Shown: positions 19,845-30,600 of the stretch, piece after piece
How positions within the stretch are numbered: position 1 is the first letter of the stretch
How the letters are laid out: the number at the start of each line of letters is the position of its first letter
NCBI GenBank assembly: GCA_050011195.1
Contig: JBEKJO010000002.1
Location: 3,288 to 67,287 of the forward strand
Direction of reading: 5' to 3'
From: Verrucomicrobiota bacterium
GTDB taxonomy: Bacteria > Verrucomicrobiota > Verrucomicrobiia > Limisphaerales > UBA8199
Length of the DNA stretch: 64,000 bases
The notes under the pieces: model-generated
Seen by the model: the letters and a program-made list of their open reading frames with translations, nothing else
The model's database searches: none
Told to the model about the DNA's origin: nothing
Translations under genes and position numbers: made by a program

Positions 19845-20118
19845 GGTTCCAGGGGTTGCTTGCGCGCGCTATGACTTGCCACTCATTCTCCAGGGCGCGT
19901 TGGAGGCTGAAGTTGTCCAACGCGTGTTCAGCAGTTCACGGCAGCCCAACTCGCTGAATACGACGATCAGCGCCGTTTCCTGTCCCGGAATCGGACAGGT
20001 CCGCCGCCTCTTTCGTACATTTAAGCATGTTTTCACGGAGGATTAGTATATTTGCAAGACCTGTGCCACGTCCGGTGCCCCGGATAGCCAAGTGGGAGGC
20101 TGGGTGGTGTTACTGCGC

Positions 20119-20712
20119 CTAACGCGCGGCGAGGCTCAAGAGCTTGGAACTGATCTTCAGACCCACCCCTTTGGCCGCGACCTCGTTGATCTGGAAGCGG
20201 ATTTTGTTCCCTTGCCGGACGAAATTGATCATGCCCCCGGCTTCGGTGAAACGGTCCGTTTCGCCTACGGTCAGCACACAGGCTCCGCGGAGGCCCGCCA
20301 CAATCTCCGGCAGCCGCGCCTTTTCGGAGGCGCCGATGAAAAGCAGGTGGCAGTTGGTCGCTTCCGCCGCCGAACGAAACTCTTTGATCACCAGCGGGCG
20401 GCTATTGATGGTTTTGTCCCGGATCGTTCGTTCCAGCACATCGCCGAAGGGATTTTCGCCCAGAATGCCCAGGACCATGGGTGAGGTGGCCTCAGCGAAA
20501 ACCTTCGGCGGCCATTCGACGAACTTCGCGAAATTGAGGAGGAATGCGGCCTTGAGTTGATACTCGGTCGGCGGGGACTCTTGCGCGTGGCCAACGCCGA
20601 CGGCCAGCAGCCAGAGCAGACTCAGGCATAAAATTCGTGTCGCGCGCAAACGCATGAACGGTTGAGTCGCCTTGGCGGGGCAATCCTCGCTCTTCGGTTC
20701 GCTCAGTTTCAT
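20119..20712 (-). CDS. YfiR-like periplasmic protein (DUF4154)
   Basis: Signal peptide, then EYQLKAAFLLNFAKFVEWP, the hallmark of the YfiR/DUF4154 family. Confidence 0.8.
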   Translation of the reverse strand: MKLSEPKSEDCPAKATQPFMRLRATRILCLSLLWLLAVGVGHAQESPPTEYQLKAAFLLNFAKFVEWPPKVFAEATSPMVLGILGENPFGDVLERTIRDKTINSRPLVIKEFRSAAEATNCHLLFIGASEKARLPEIVAGLRGACVLTVGETDRFTEAGGMINFVRQGNKIRFQINEVAAKGVGLKISSKLLSLAAR

Positions 20713-20927
20713 TTCCTCTTAGTTCGTCTGAAAACGCAAGGCAAACTTCGCGCCAAGGCCTGCGCAGACTGCGAGGGCCAAGCTTGGCGGAGTGCGTGCT
20801 GGGGGCCGGGAAACGGAACACCGGGGGCTGATGGCGCAGGGTGTCTTGTCCAATAATCAGTCAGTAATACAAGCCAATTTGCCTCTGCCCCACCCCTGCT
20901 GGCGCAATTCTTGCGTGTTCCCGGCTC

Positions 20928-22979
20928 ATGCGACGAGTGTTCCCAATCCTCGCCCTTTCCCTCGCCCTTGGCGCGCCGGCGGTGGAAACGACCCCGCCGC
21001 CCAAAACGGCGGATCTGACCGAACTGCCGCTGGAGGCGCTGATGAATATTGAGGTCCCGAAGGTGTACGCGGCGTCGAAGCTCGAGCAAAGCGAGACGGA
21101 AGCCCCCGCTTCGGTTACGGTCGTTACGGCGGACGAGATTAAGAAGTATGGCGATCGCACTCTGGCGGATGTCTTGGAGAGCGTCCAGGGTTTCAACGTC
21201 TCGTATGACCGCAACTACGATTTCCTGGGAGTCCGAGGTCTCAGCCTGGGTGATTTTAACGACCGCATCTTGCTGCTCGTTGACGGCCACCGAGTCAATA
21301 ACGACTACAATGACGGCGCGGCCATTGGCACGGACTTCATTCTGGACGTTGATCTGATTGACCATGTCGAAGTCATTCGCGGCCCCGGCTCGGTCCTCTA
21401 CGGTAACAACGCCTTCTTGGGGGTGATCAACGTGGTGACCCGGCGGGGCCAGCAGTTGAATGGCTTCGAGACTTCCGCCGAATACGGCTCATTTAACGCC
21501 TACAAGATTCGCGAGACTTACGGAAAGCTCTTTACCAACGGCGTCGAGTTGCTGCTCTCGGGGACGTATTACGACAGCGGCGGCCAAGATCGGCTGTTTT
21601 ACCAGCAGTTCGATTACCCGGCTTTGAATAACGGTGTGGCGCAGAACAAGGATGGCGATTCCTATGGGAGTCTCTTTGGCTCGCTGGGCTACAGGGATTT
21701 CACCTTGGAAGGCGGGTTCAACCGCCGCGACAAAGCTAATCCAACGGGGCAATACTCCCAAGTGGTGGACTCAACGCCGGAAATCCTCGCGACGACCTTC
21801 AACGACCCGCGCTTGCGCACGATCGATGAGCGGAGTTATTGCGCCTTGAAATACGCCCACAGTTTTCCCGAGGTGGTGGATGTGACCGCGCAGGTCTATT
21901 GCGACAGTTACACTCACGAGATTGGTTATCCGCAAACCGTGCTCGTTGGAACAAATATCGTATCGAGCAGCTTCTCTTCCGAGAGAGACATTGGCGAGTG
22001 GTGGGGCGCCGAACTGCAACTGAATAAACGCTTATGGGACCGGCACGTCATCACCCTGGGCGCAGAATACCGGGACGACTTCCTGCAAGATTCGCGGGTT
22101 GACGTTGAGAACATGCCGGACGCGGGTTCCAACACCCGGACAAACCGGCAGAGTTACGGGGTCTATGCTCAGGGTGATTTCGAGGTGCTGACCAATCTCC
22201 ATTTCAACGGCGGCGTGCGTTACGATCAATACGGCGATTTCGCTCCCGCCATCGATCCGCGGGTGGCTTTGATCTACAATCCCTGGGAGAAATCCACGTT
22301 CAAAGCCATTTACGGCACCGCCTTTCGCGCGCCGAGCTTTTATGAGTTTACCCAGGCAGCCCCGGGCCAGGTCCTCAAGCCGGAGGAAATCACCAGTTAT
22401 GAACTGGTGTACGAGCAGGACATCGGACGGCATCTGCGGTCTTCCGTCTCGGGCTTTTACAATCAGATGAACGACTTGATCGTTTTTAGCAGCGGGAGCT
22501 TCACCAATTTTGACGCGCAAACCAAAGGCGTGGAACTGGCCCTGGAAGGGTTCTGGCCCAGCGGAATTCGCGGCCGGGCGAGCTATTCGTTTCAAGAGAC
22601 CCGGGATACGGGGATTGGCTGGGAGGCGCCGGATTCGCCCAACCACCTGCTCAAATTCAATCTCAGTGTGCCGCTGGTCAGAGACAAAGTCTTTGCCGGC
22701 GTGGAATTCCAATACACGAGCGACCGCCGGAGCCTCCACAACACCACGGACCCCAACAGCGGTCAGCCCATTACCGTGCAAGGCGAGGAGGCCGGCGGTT
22801 TTGGCATCGTCAACCTGACGCTCTTCAGCCAGAAGCTCATTAAGAACCTTGAGTTCTCGGCCAGCGTTTACAACCTGTTGGATCGTCAGTATTCGGATCC
22901 CGCATCCCAATTCCATGTACAGGACGTTATCGGGCAGGACGGGCGCAGTTTTCGTCTCAAATTGACGTACCGTTTCTAG
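20928..22979 (+). CDS. TonB-dependent outer-membrane receptor
   Basis: Signal peptide, plug region (VTVVTADEIKKYGDRTLADVLESVQGFNV), long beta-barrel, C-terminal ...LKLTYRF. Confidence 0.9.
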   Translation: MRRVFPILALSLALGAPAVETTPPPKTADLTELPLEALMNIEVPKVYAASKLEQSETEAPASVTVVTADEIKKYGDRTLADVLESVQGFNVSYDRNYDFLGVRGLSLGDFNDRILLLVDGHRVNNDYNDGAAIGTDFILDVDLIDHVEVIRGPGSVLYGNNAFLGVINVVTRRGQQLNGFETSAEYGSFNAYKIRETYGKLFTNGVELLLSGTYYDSGGQDRLFYQQFDYPALNNGVAQNKDGDSYGSLFGSLGYRDFTLEGGFNRRDKANPTGQYSQVVDSTPEILATTFNDPRLRTIDERSYCALKYAHSFPEVVDVTAQVYCDSYTHEIGYPQTVLVGTNIVSSSFSSERDIGEWWGAELQLNKRLWDRHVITLGAEYRDDFLQDSRVDVENMPDAGSNTRTNRQSYGVYAQGDFEVLTNLHFNGGVRYDQYGDFAPAIDPRVALIYNPWEKSTFKAIYGTAFRAPSFYEFTQAAPGQVLKPEEITSYELVYEQDIGRHLRSSVSGFYNQMNDLIVFSSGSFTNFDAQTKGVELALEGFWPSGIRGRASYSFQETRDTGIGWEAPDSPNHLLKFNLSVPLVRDKVFAGVEFQYTSDRRSLHNTTDPNSGQPITVQGEEAGGFGIVNLTLFSQKLIKNLEFSASVYNLLDRQYSDPASQFHVQDVIGQDGRSFRLKLTYRF

Positions 22980-23018
22980 ACAGTGGCACGCGGGTTGCTC
23001 CCATTTTAGGACGTTGGC

Positions 23019-26000
23019 ATGAGAAATATGACTGCATTAAGCTGCCGGCTGCGACCAGCAGCGCTCGGCTTGCTTTGGCTCAGTCTGCTCCTGCCCAGAC
23101 CCTGTTTTGCCACCCCGCCCCCTACCATCCTTGTCCAACCCTTGAGCATAACTGTCCCAATTCTGGGCACGGCGACCTTTTCGGTGAGCGTTTACAGCCT
23201 CACCACGGTCAGCTATCAATGGCTCAAGAATGGCGCGTCCATCTCCGGTGCGACCCTCAGCAGCTTTACGATTGCCAGTGCCCAGGCCTCCGATGCGGCC
23301 ACTTACACGGTGCAAGTCAGCAATGCCGGCGGCACAGTCACCAGCTCCGGCGCGACCTTGACCGTACTCCTTCCGCCGACGATTACGACCCAGCCTCAGG
23401 ACCAGACCGTGCCGCAGGGCCAGAACCCTTCGTTCTCCGTCGTCGCAACCGGCACGATGCCGTTGAGTTACCATTGGCAGGCGACCAACACCGCCAGCGG
23501 CGGCTTCACCAACCTGACCAATGGCGGCCAAATATCGGGTGCCAACACCAACGTCCTGATTATTTCCAATGTGACGACCAATAACGCGCTGTTCTATCAG
23601 GTGATTATTACCAATGCTTCCGGTGCGGTCACCAGCAGCCCGGCCATTCTGCAGGTGGGTCCCTCCCTTCTCCTCGTTGACGTTCAATTTCTTGGCACCT
23701 CCAACACCACCTGGCCCAGTGGCAGTGGTTCTCCTCAAACCGGCGCGGCAATTTTGGGTGCCTCGGGTGATACCTGGAACCAGGAAGACCTGACCTATTA
23801 TGTCTATCCTGGAACGAACTCTGATATTTACGCGTCCAATCTGGTTAATTCAGCCAACGCTGCGAGCGGCCTCACCCTCACCGTAGGTTCATCCCCCAAC
23901 TCGGTTTTTGGCGGTCAGAATCCAAACGCCACGGCGACGGATCCGGCCACCACCAATCTAATGTCCAGTGATATTCAACAGTTCGCCTTGACCGCCAATG
24001 TGGATGTCTGGACCATTACCGTCGGCGGTTTGTCCGCCTATGCGGGTGAACAGTTTAATTTGGTGGTCTATGCCGGGGCGCCGAGTGCCAGAACTCAAAC
24101 GATCTCCGTGAGTGGCGGGGCTTCGGGCGGGAACACGAGCAGCGCCTTGACCACCAGTTCCACCTCGCGGATGCTCTCCGCCGGGGCGGGTGTCGCTTAC
24201 CAAATCTTCACGAACGGCACCCTGAACGGCAGCAATCTTGTTTTCACCGTCAATGGCGGGACAGCGGCGGTGGATTCCTATGCGGCTTTTCTCAATGGTT
24301 TTCAACTCCAGATCTTCAATTACCCGCTCATTACGACCCAGCCGGCCTCCCAGACAAATGTCGCCGGCTCCACGGTGCAGTTCAGTGTGGGCACTTCGGG
24401 CGGGCTGTTGAACTACCAATGGAATTTCAACGGCACGGCCCTGTCCGGCGACACCAACGCCACCCTGGCGCTCACCAACGTTCAGACGACCAACGCCGGC
24501 AGCTACACGGTCGTAGTGACGAACTCCCTGGGTTCGGCGACGAGCGCGGTGGCGACCTTGACGGTCCTTGTCCCGCCAACGATTACGACCCAGCCGCAGA
24601 GCCAGGGGGTGGCGCAGCATCAGAACGCCTCGTTTTCCGTCGTGGCCGGCGGCTCGTCGCCGTTCACCTATCAATGGTATTTCAACGCCTCAGCCGTGGG
24701 CGGGGGCGGGCAAAGCTCAACGCTCGCGCTCAACAACGTTGACACCAGTTCAGACGGCAGCTACGCGGTGGTGGTGGCCAACCCGGGCGGTTCAGTGACC
24801 AGCGCGGTGGCGACACTGACAGTCTATGTTCTGCCGGGAATCCAGACGCAGCCGCAGAACCAAACGGTGCTGCAAGGCACGAACGTTTCGTTCTCAGTCG
24901 TAACCAATGCAAACGGCACGCCGCCCTTCAGCTATCAATGGAATGTCAATGGCACAAATGTCGTGAACGGCGCCTACATCTCCGGCGCCACCAATGCCAC
25001 GCTGACGCTTAGCAATGTGCAACCCGCTCAAGCGGGCAACGTCTTCGTGGTCATTACGAACAACGCTGGCAGCATTAGCAGCTCGGTGGCCACGTTGACG
25101 GTCAACGTGCCGGCCACCATCACCAACCAACCACAGCCCCAGGCGGTGGTGGCCGGTCAGACCGCGACGTTCTCCGTCGGAGCAATCGGGACGGCGAACT
25201 TGAAATATCAGTGGTATCTGAACGGCTCGTCTTTGAACGGCGGAACAAGCCAAAGTTCAACGCTCGCGCTCGGCAGCGTCGGGACGAATAACGGCGGCAA
25301 TTACACCGTGGTGGTGAACAACAACTATGGCACGGTGACGAGCTCGGTGGTGTCGTTGACGGTGTTGGCGACGCAGCCCTTCAACCAGACGGTGAGTGTG
25401 GGCGGGAACGCCAGCTTCTCCGTCGGGGTGAGCAGCCCGGCGACTCTCGGTTATCAGTGGAGTTTCGACGGCACGACCCTGGCCGGCGCTACCCGTTCCA
25501 CGCTGACGCTCACCAATCTGCCGACAGCGGCCAGCGGCAGCTACGCGGTGGCCGTCACGACCCCCGCCGGAATCCTGGAAAGTTCCACCGCCACGCTGAC
25601 GGTCATCAACGGCTGGGTCGGCGTAGTCACCAACACCAGCGACAGCGGCGCGGGTTCCCTCCGTCAGGCGCTGCTCAACGCCAATGCCTATTCCGGCCCG
25701 CGCGCCATTGTCTTCAACATCCCCGGTTCCGGTCCCTTCACCATCAGCGTGTTGTCCCTGCTGCCGGTCATCACCAACTCCGTCATTATTGACGCCACGA
25801 CGCAGCCCGGCTATTCCAACACCAACCAGCCAGTCGTCCAGGTGGACGGCAAGTCATTGCCCGGCGGGACGATAGGCGACGGCCTGACCCTCACTGCCAG
25901 CGGCTGTACGGTCAAAGGTCTGGACATCTCCGACTTTCCCGGCAACGGCATCACACTGTCCAATGGCTCGGGCAGCGTGATTCAGGGCAACTTCATCGGC

Positions 26001-27575
26001 TGTGCCTTGGACGGGGCAACCAAACTTCCCAATGGCAACCATGGAATTATGCTCTACAATTCCGCGAGTAATGTCGTGGGCGGCGCCACCGCCCTCGCGC
26101 GGAACGTCGTGGTGGATTCAAAGAATGATGGCATTCACCTTGAGGGAACCGGGGCCTTCGGCAATCAGGTCCTCGGCAACATCATCGGCCTGGACCACAC
26201 CGGGCTGATCCAGGAAGGTGTGTCCGGCAACGGCGTCGTCGTCTCGAACGCCGCGTGGAACCTGGTGGGCGGCACGAATACCGGTGCCGGCAACCTCATC
26301 TCCAGCCACGGCGGCGATGGCCTGGACCTCGCAGGCAGCTTGGCTGGTTTCAACGTGGTTCAGGGCAACTTCATTGGCACCGACATCACCGGCACCAACG
26401 CGGCGAAATGCAATGGCAACGGCATCACTATCCTTAACGCGCCGTCGAACACCATCGGCGGCCTGACCTTCTCTGCCGCCAACGTGATTGCCTACAACAA
26501 CCAGAACGGCATCGCCATTAGCGGCCTCACCGCGGTGTATAACAGCGTCCAGGGCAATTTCATCGGCACGGACCTGACCGGCACGCTTAACTTGAAGAAT
26601 AGTCAGGACGGCGTGATCACGACCACCGCCATCAACAACACCGTCGGCGGTCTGGCGTCGGGTGCCGGCAACACCATTGCCTTCAACAACGCCGGGGGAG
26701 TCGTTGTGAGCGGCGGTCAATGCGCCATTTTGGGCAATTCCCTCTTCTCGAATGCCGGGAATCCCGGGGACATCAGCCTGCTCAACGCGGGCAACCCCAA
26801 CGCCGTGCCTCCCGTGCTAACGGGTGTGACCAACAACACGGGCGTGACCCGGATCCAGGGCGCGTTGACCAATTACCCGGGAGATGCCTACCGGATCGAG
26901 TTCTATGCCAGTCCCAATTCGGCCGATGCCAAGACGTTCTTGGGTGCGACCAACGTCGTCACCAGCAGTAGCGGCTTCGCTCTGTTTAATGTTTGCCTTG
27001 TCACCGGAAATATCACCAATCAATATGTGACCGCGACCGCCACGGATGTCGGCGGCAACACCTCTGAGCTTTCCGTCTCCAAAGCCGTAACGTTCAATCC
27101 TGCTCCTTGGATTGTCAGTAGCCCACAAAGCCAGACGGCGACGCAAGGCCTGAGCGCTGCGTTTTCCGTTGTGGCGAGCGGCGCGGCGCCGCTCGGGTAT
27201 CAGTGGAATTTCAACGGCACGGCTTTGTCCGTCGCCACCGGTTCCACCCTGACGCTGAACAGTGTTCAGACAAATAACGCCGGCAGCTACACGGTGGTGG
27301 TAGCGAACCCCTGGGGTTCGGTGACGAGCGCGGTGGTGATATTGACTGTCATTCCCCCGACTCCCCCGTGCTTCGGTGCGGCAGGGATGACTTCCAGTGG
27401 GTTCGCCTTCCAGTGTGCGGTGCCGGTTGGGTGCACTTACGTCATTATGGCTTCGACCAATCTCCAGGACTGGACCCCCGTTTTCACCAATGTCGCCCAG
27501 ACTGCGAGCGTGGTTATTACCGATCCTGGAGCCACTAACTGCAGCCGGCGGTTCTACCGGGCAATGGCGCAGTGA
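23019..27575 (+). CDS. Giant secreted protein: about 10 Ig-like (I-set type) modules, about 9 parallel beta-helix (PbH1) repeats, and a C-terminal RFYRA domain
   Basis: Signal peptide. Repeated ...Q.Q.V..G....FSV.A.G..P..YQW..NG....G.....L.L..V....AG.Y.VVV.N..G...S..A.LTV modules. Repeats of the NGI.L...S..V.GNFIG type. Ends ...STNLQDWTPVFTN...RRFYRAMAQ. Confidence 0.85.
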   Translation: MRNMTALSCRLRPAALGLLWLSLLLPRPCFATPPPTILVQPLSITVPILGTATFSVSVYSLTTVSYQWLKNGASISGATLSSFTIASAQASDAATYTVQVSNAGGTVTSSGATLTVLLPPTITTQPQDQTVPQGQNPSFSVVATGTMPLSYHWQATNTASGGFTNLTNGGQISGANTNVLIISNVTTNNALFYQVIITNASGAVTSSPAILQVGPSLLLVDVQFLGTSNTTWPSGSGSPQTGAAILGASGDTWNQEDLTYYVYPGTNSDIYASNLVNSANAASGLTLTVGSSPNSVFGGQNPNATATDPATTNLMSSDIQQFALTANVDVWTITVGGLSAYAGEQFNLVVYAGAPSARTQTISVSGGASGGNTSSALTTSSTSRMLSAGAGVAYQIFTNGTLNGSNLVFTVNGGTAAVDSYAAFLNGFQLQIFNYPLITTQPASQTNVAGSTVQFSVGTSGGLLNYQWNFNGTALSGDTNATLALTNVQTTNAGSYTVVVTNSLGSATSAVATLTVLVPPTITTQPQSQGVAQHQNASFSVVAGGSSPFTYQWYFNASAVGGGGQSSTLALNNVDTSSDGSYAVVVANPGGSVTSAVATLTVYVLPGIQTQPQNQTVLQGTNVSFSVVTNANGTPPFSYQWNVNGTNVVNGAYISGATNATLTLSNVQPAQAGNVFVVITNNAGSISSSVATLTVNVPATITNQPQPQAVVAGQTATFSVGAIGTANLKYQWYLNGSSLNGGTSQSSTLALGSVGTNNGGNYTVVVNNNYGTVTSSVVSLTVLATQPFNQTVSVGGNASFSVGVSSPATLGYQWSFDGTTLAGATRSTLTLTNLPTAASGSYAVAVTTPAGILESSTATLTVINGWVGVVTNTSDSGAGSLRQALLNANAYSGPRAIVFNIPGSGPFTISVLSLLPVITNSVIIDATTQPGYSNTNQPVVQVDGKSLPGGTIGDGLTLTASGCTVKGLDISDFPGNGITLSNGSGSVIQGNFIGCALDGATKLPNGNHGIMLYNSASNVVGGATALARNVVVDSKNDGIHLEGTGAFGNQVLGNIIGLDHTGLIQEGVSGNGVVVSNAAWNLVGGTNTGAGNLISSHGGDGLDLAGSLAGFNVVQGNFIGTDITGTNAAKCNGNGITILNAPSNTIGGLTFSAANVIAYNNQNGIAISGLTAVYNSVQGNFIGTDLTGTLNLKNSQDGVITTTAINNTVGGLASGAGNTIAFNNAGGVVVSGGQCAILGNSLFSNAGNPGDISLLNAGNPNAVPPVLTGVTNNTGVTRIQGALTNYPGDAYRIEFYASPNSADAKTFLGATNVVTSSSGFALFNVCLVTGNITNQYVTATATDVGGNTSELSVSKAVTFNPAPWIVSSPQSQTATQGLSAAFSVVASGAAPLGYQWNFNGTALSVATGSTLTLNSVQTNNAGSYTVVVANPWGSVTSAVVILTVIPPTPPCFGAAGMTSSGFAFQCAVPVGCTYVIMASTNLQDWTPVFTNVAQTASVVITDPGATNCSRRFYRAMAQ

Positions 27576-27647
27576 ACTCCTCTTTTCCATCGCGAGGCTG
27601 CGGAATGAATCGGTAGCCTGAGAGCCAAGGCGTTCCCGTCTGGCCGG

Positions 27648-30600
27648 TCACTTCACCGTGAGCGGCAGGCTCTGGCTGTGGCTGTTGAACTCGGGGGCGT
27701 ACATGCACTGGATTTGAGCGACACCGGTCTGGTATTGGCCGCGGAGCTGGACCCGCGTCGAATACTCGAAGACGTAGGCGCCCTTCGGCAGATAATCAAT
27801 GAAGAAATGGCTGGCGGTGTCACGGGTGCTCTCGTAGTAGGCCAGGCCGTCCTGGTATTTGTAGCGCGAGATCACGTTCACCGGCTCGGTGCCGCTGCCG
27901 CGCTGATCTTTCAGATGGACGTATTCCATGTCGCGATCCACGCGCAGTTCGACGCGGACGACCAGTTCGTCGCCGACGCTCAGTGGGCCTTTGACCGGCT
28001 CCAGCACCGGGCCTTTGGCCGTGTTGACCTTGAGGTAAAGCGTCTTGTTCAGCTTCAGCGGGGTGCCTTCATAGGGCGTGACCTTGCTCATGTCTTCGAG
28101 GTATTGCCAGTTGACGCTGCCCCAGGCGACGCCTTGATCCAGTTTCCTGACGGTGATGTCGCCGAGCTTGGGTTTGATGTCGGTGGGGGTGAAGCGATAT
28201 TCGTAAAAGCCGGTGCCGGGTTCGACGGCAGGGGAGGGCGAGGCTCCTGACAAGCCCTTGCCTTTTTCGGCAGTGGATCTATTTGGGCTCGCGGGGACGC
28301 TCACCCTCCCGAGATTTGGGGTGACGTCCACACCATCGAGTTTCACCTGCACGAGGGCTTCGCTTGAGAGAATGTCTTTGCCGCGCAAGAGCAGGGCATA
28401 GACGGCATCGGCGGTGGCCTTGGTGGTCTTCCAATCCTGCGTCTGTTTCTGTTTGAGGAGCCAGACGCGGCAGTCCTCGACCGCCGGCAGGTCGCCCATG
28501 ACTTCATCGAACGCCTCGATCATCAGCGCCTGGGTCTCGATCGGCGCGCGATACCACCACCAGCTTAACTCGGTGTCGCGCCAGAACATGCCCATCTCCT
28601 CGTTCGACACGCTGCGCTCCTTGATGGACTTCATAATGTCGCGGGGGGTGGAATCGTTAACTGAGTTAGATGAGTTAAAGGAGTTAAAAGAGTTAAAGCG
28701 GTGGAGGGCGAGAGCCAAATGGCCCTGGGTCTGCCGGCAATCGGTCTTGAGCCAGAACTTGTGGGCCTGCTTGAGGAAGAACTCAATCGCCGTCTTGTGC
28801 GGCGGCGCGACCGGCTTGTCCTTGAGGAAAAAGCTGCGGCCATACAAATACAGCGCATCCGTCGCGCTGGGCACGTATTTATCCGGCTCGGGCCGCGTCT
28901 GGATTCGCTCATACTCTTCGGTCATCCAGGCATCGAGCCGGTAGAGCGAACGGATGGCGCGGGCGGCGTCAATATCCACCCCAAGATGTCGCAGCCGCCC
29001 GAAGCCGGTGGTGATGTAGAGCGTAATGTAATCGTTGCCCGGGCCGCCGGGGAACCACGGCCAGCGGCCATCGCCCAGTTGCATCTCGGTGAGCTTGCGC
29101 AGCGTGGCCTCGGTCTCGTAGTTGAGGCGGTTATCATCGAACAGGATGCCGATGTTCCGGCGCGCCTGGCTTTCGTTGTCAGCCTGCCGCAGCCAGGGGG
29201 TTTCCTCAATCATCACCGCCTTGAGGTCTTGATTCTTCTGGAGCGGACTCTCCAGCGCGGGCGTGTTCTTCCATTGGTCGAGGATGCGGCGGATTTTGGG
29301 GTCGCTATTGGCGATGGTGCGCGCCAGCGCGTTGGCATAGAGCCGATTGAACGTCTGCTCGCTGCACTCGTAGGGATATTCCATCAGGTAGGGCAACGCC
29401 AGCACCGCATACCACGCCGGGTTGGACACCATTTGCACCACGAGACTCTGGTTTTGGAGCGTCTTGGAGTCCCCCGACTTGAGCAGTTTGGTGAACTCGA
29501 ACTGCTTCGTCGCCGGGCCGCGAATCGGCAGCGGCAGCGATTCGGTGACCAGAATGCGGCTGGAGAGCACCGGCAGATAGCCTTCCTCGCCGTCCGACAC
29601 GTTGGCCGCCGCGCCGACGGCCTTGTAGGTCAGGAAACCGCAGCCGTCCGGCACGTGGATGCGCCAGGCGCAACTGCGCGATTCCTTGGCCGGGATGTCG
29701 AAGTCCTGCTCCGGCTTCGCGTTGCCGAGCAGTTGGTCCGCCGGCTGGCTGTCGAGCGCCTGATTAAAGGTGAGCTGCACGTTGCCGCGCAAGGGCTTGT
29801 CCGTCTGGTTCGACACCTTGACCGTGAACTCGACAGTGTCGCCCTCGCGCAGGAAGCGGGGCGGGTTCGGCTGCACCATCAGGTCTTTGGCGGTGACCGC
29901 GTGGTCTTCGAGGAGGCCGCTGCGCACTGACTGGTCATGCGCGAAACCAAGGAACCGCCACTTCGTCAGCGCCTCCGGCATGGTGAACGTCATCCGTACC
30001 ACGCCGTTGGAATCCGAGGTCAACTGCGGGAAGAAGAAGGCGGTCTCGTTAAGATTCTTGCGGGCGGTGACTTTGCTCAAATCGGGCTTCGGCGGCGCGG
30101 GCTGCTTGGCAGCGCCTCCCGCCACGCTAGGTCCCATCTTATCGAACAAAGCTTCTTCCGGTCCCGTTGCGCGATCCGCGTTCGCCATTTCCAAAAGAAA
30201 GGCCCCTGGCGCCGGCGCCGCCGAAGCCGTAGCTGGCGCGGCGGCGGCCATCGCCATTGGTGCGTTGGCTATCTCATCTTTTGCATCGGCAAGACCGCCA
30301 AAAGTCACCCCAAGGGCGCGCCTTCTGGCGTAGAACTGAAAGCGCCAAAGATTCCGGGTCAGGTCTGGCGGGAAGGAGCGGTAGGTAATCTCCACGCGCT
30401 CGTATGGCCGGCCCCAGCTTCCGAAAACCTGCTGAAACCCCATCGGTGTATTGGCGAACTGCGACTGCACGAGGGAGTCATCCTCGCGAAATATGGGGAA
30501 CCGATGCAGCCAATCCAGCGGCGCGAAGGCATCCAGCGACTCGTCGTAGAGCGTCGCCACCATCTCCGCCGCCAACCGTTCTGGAGTGCTGGAGGGTTGG

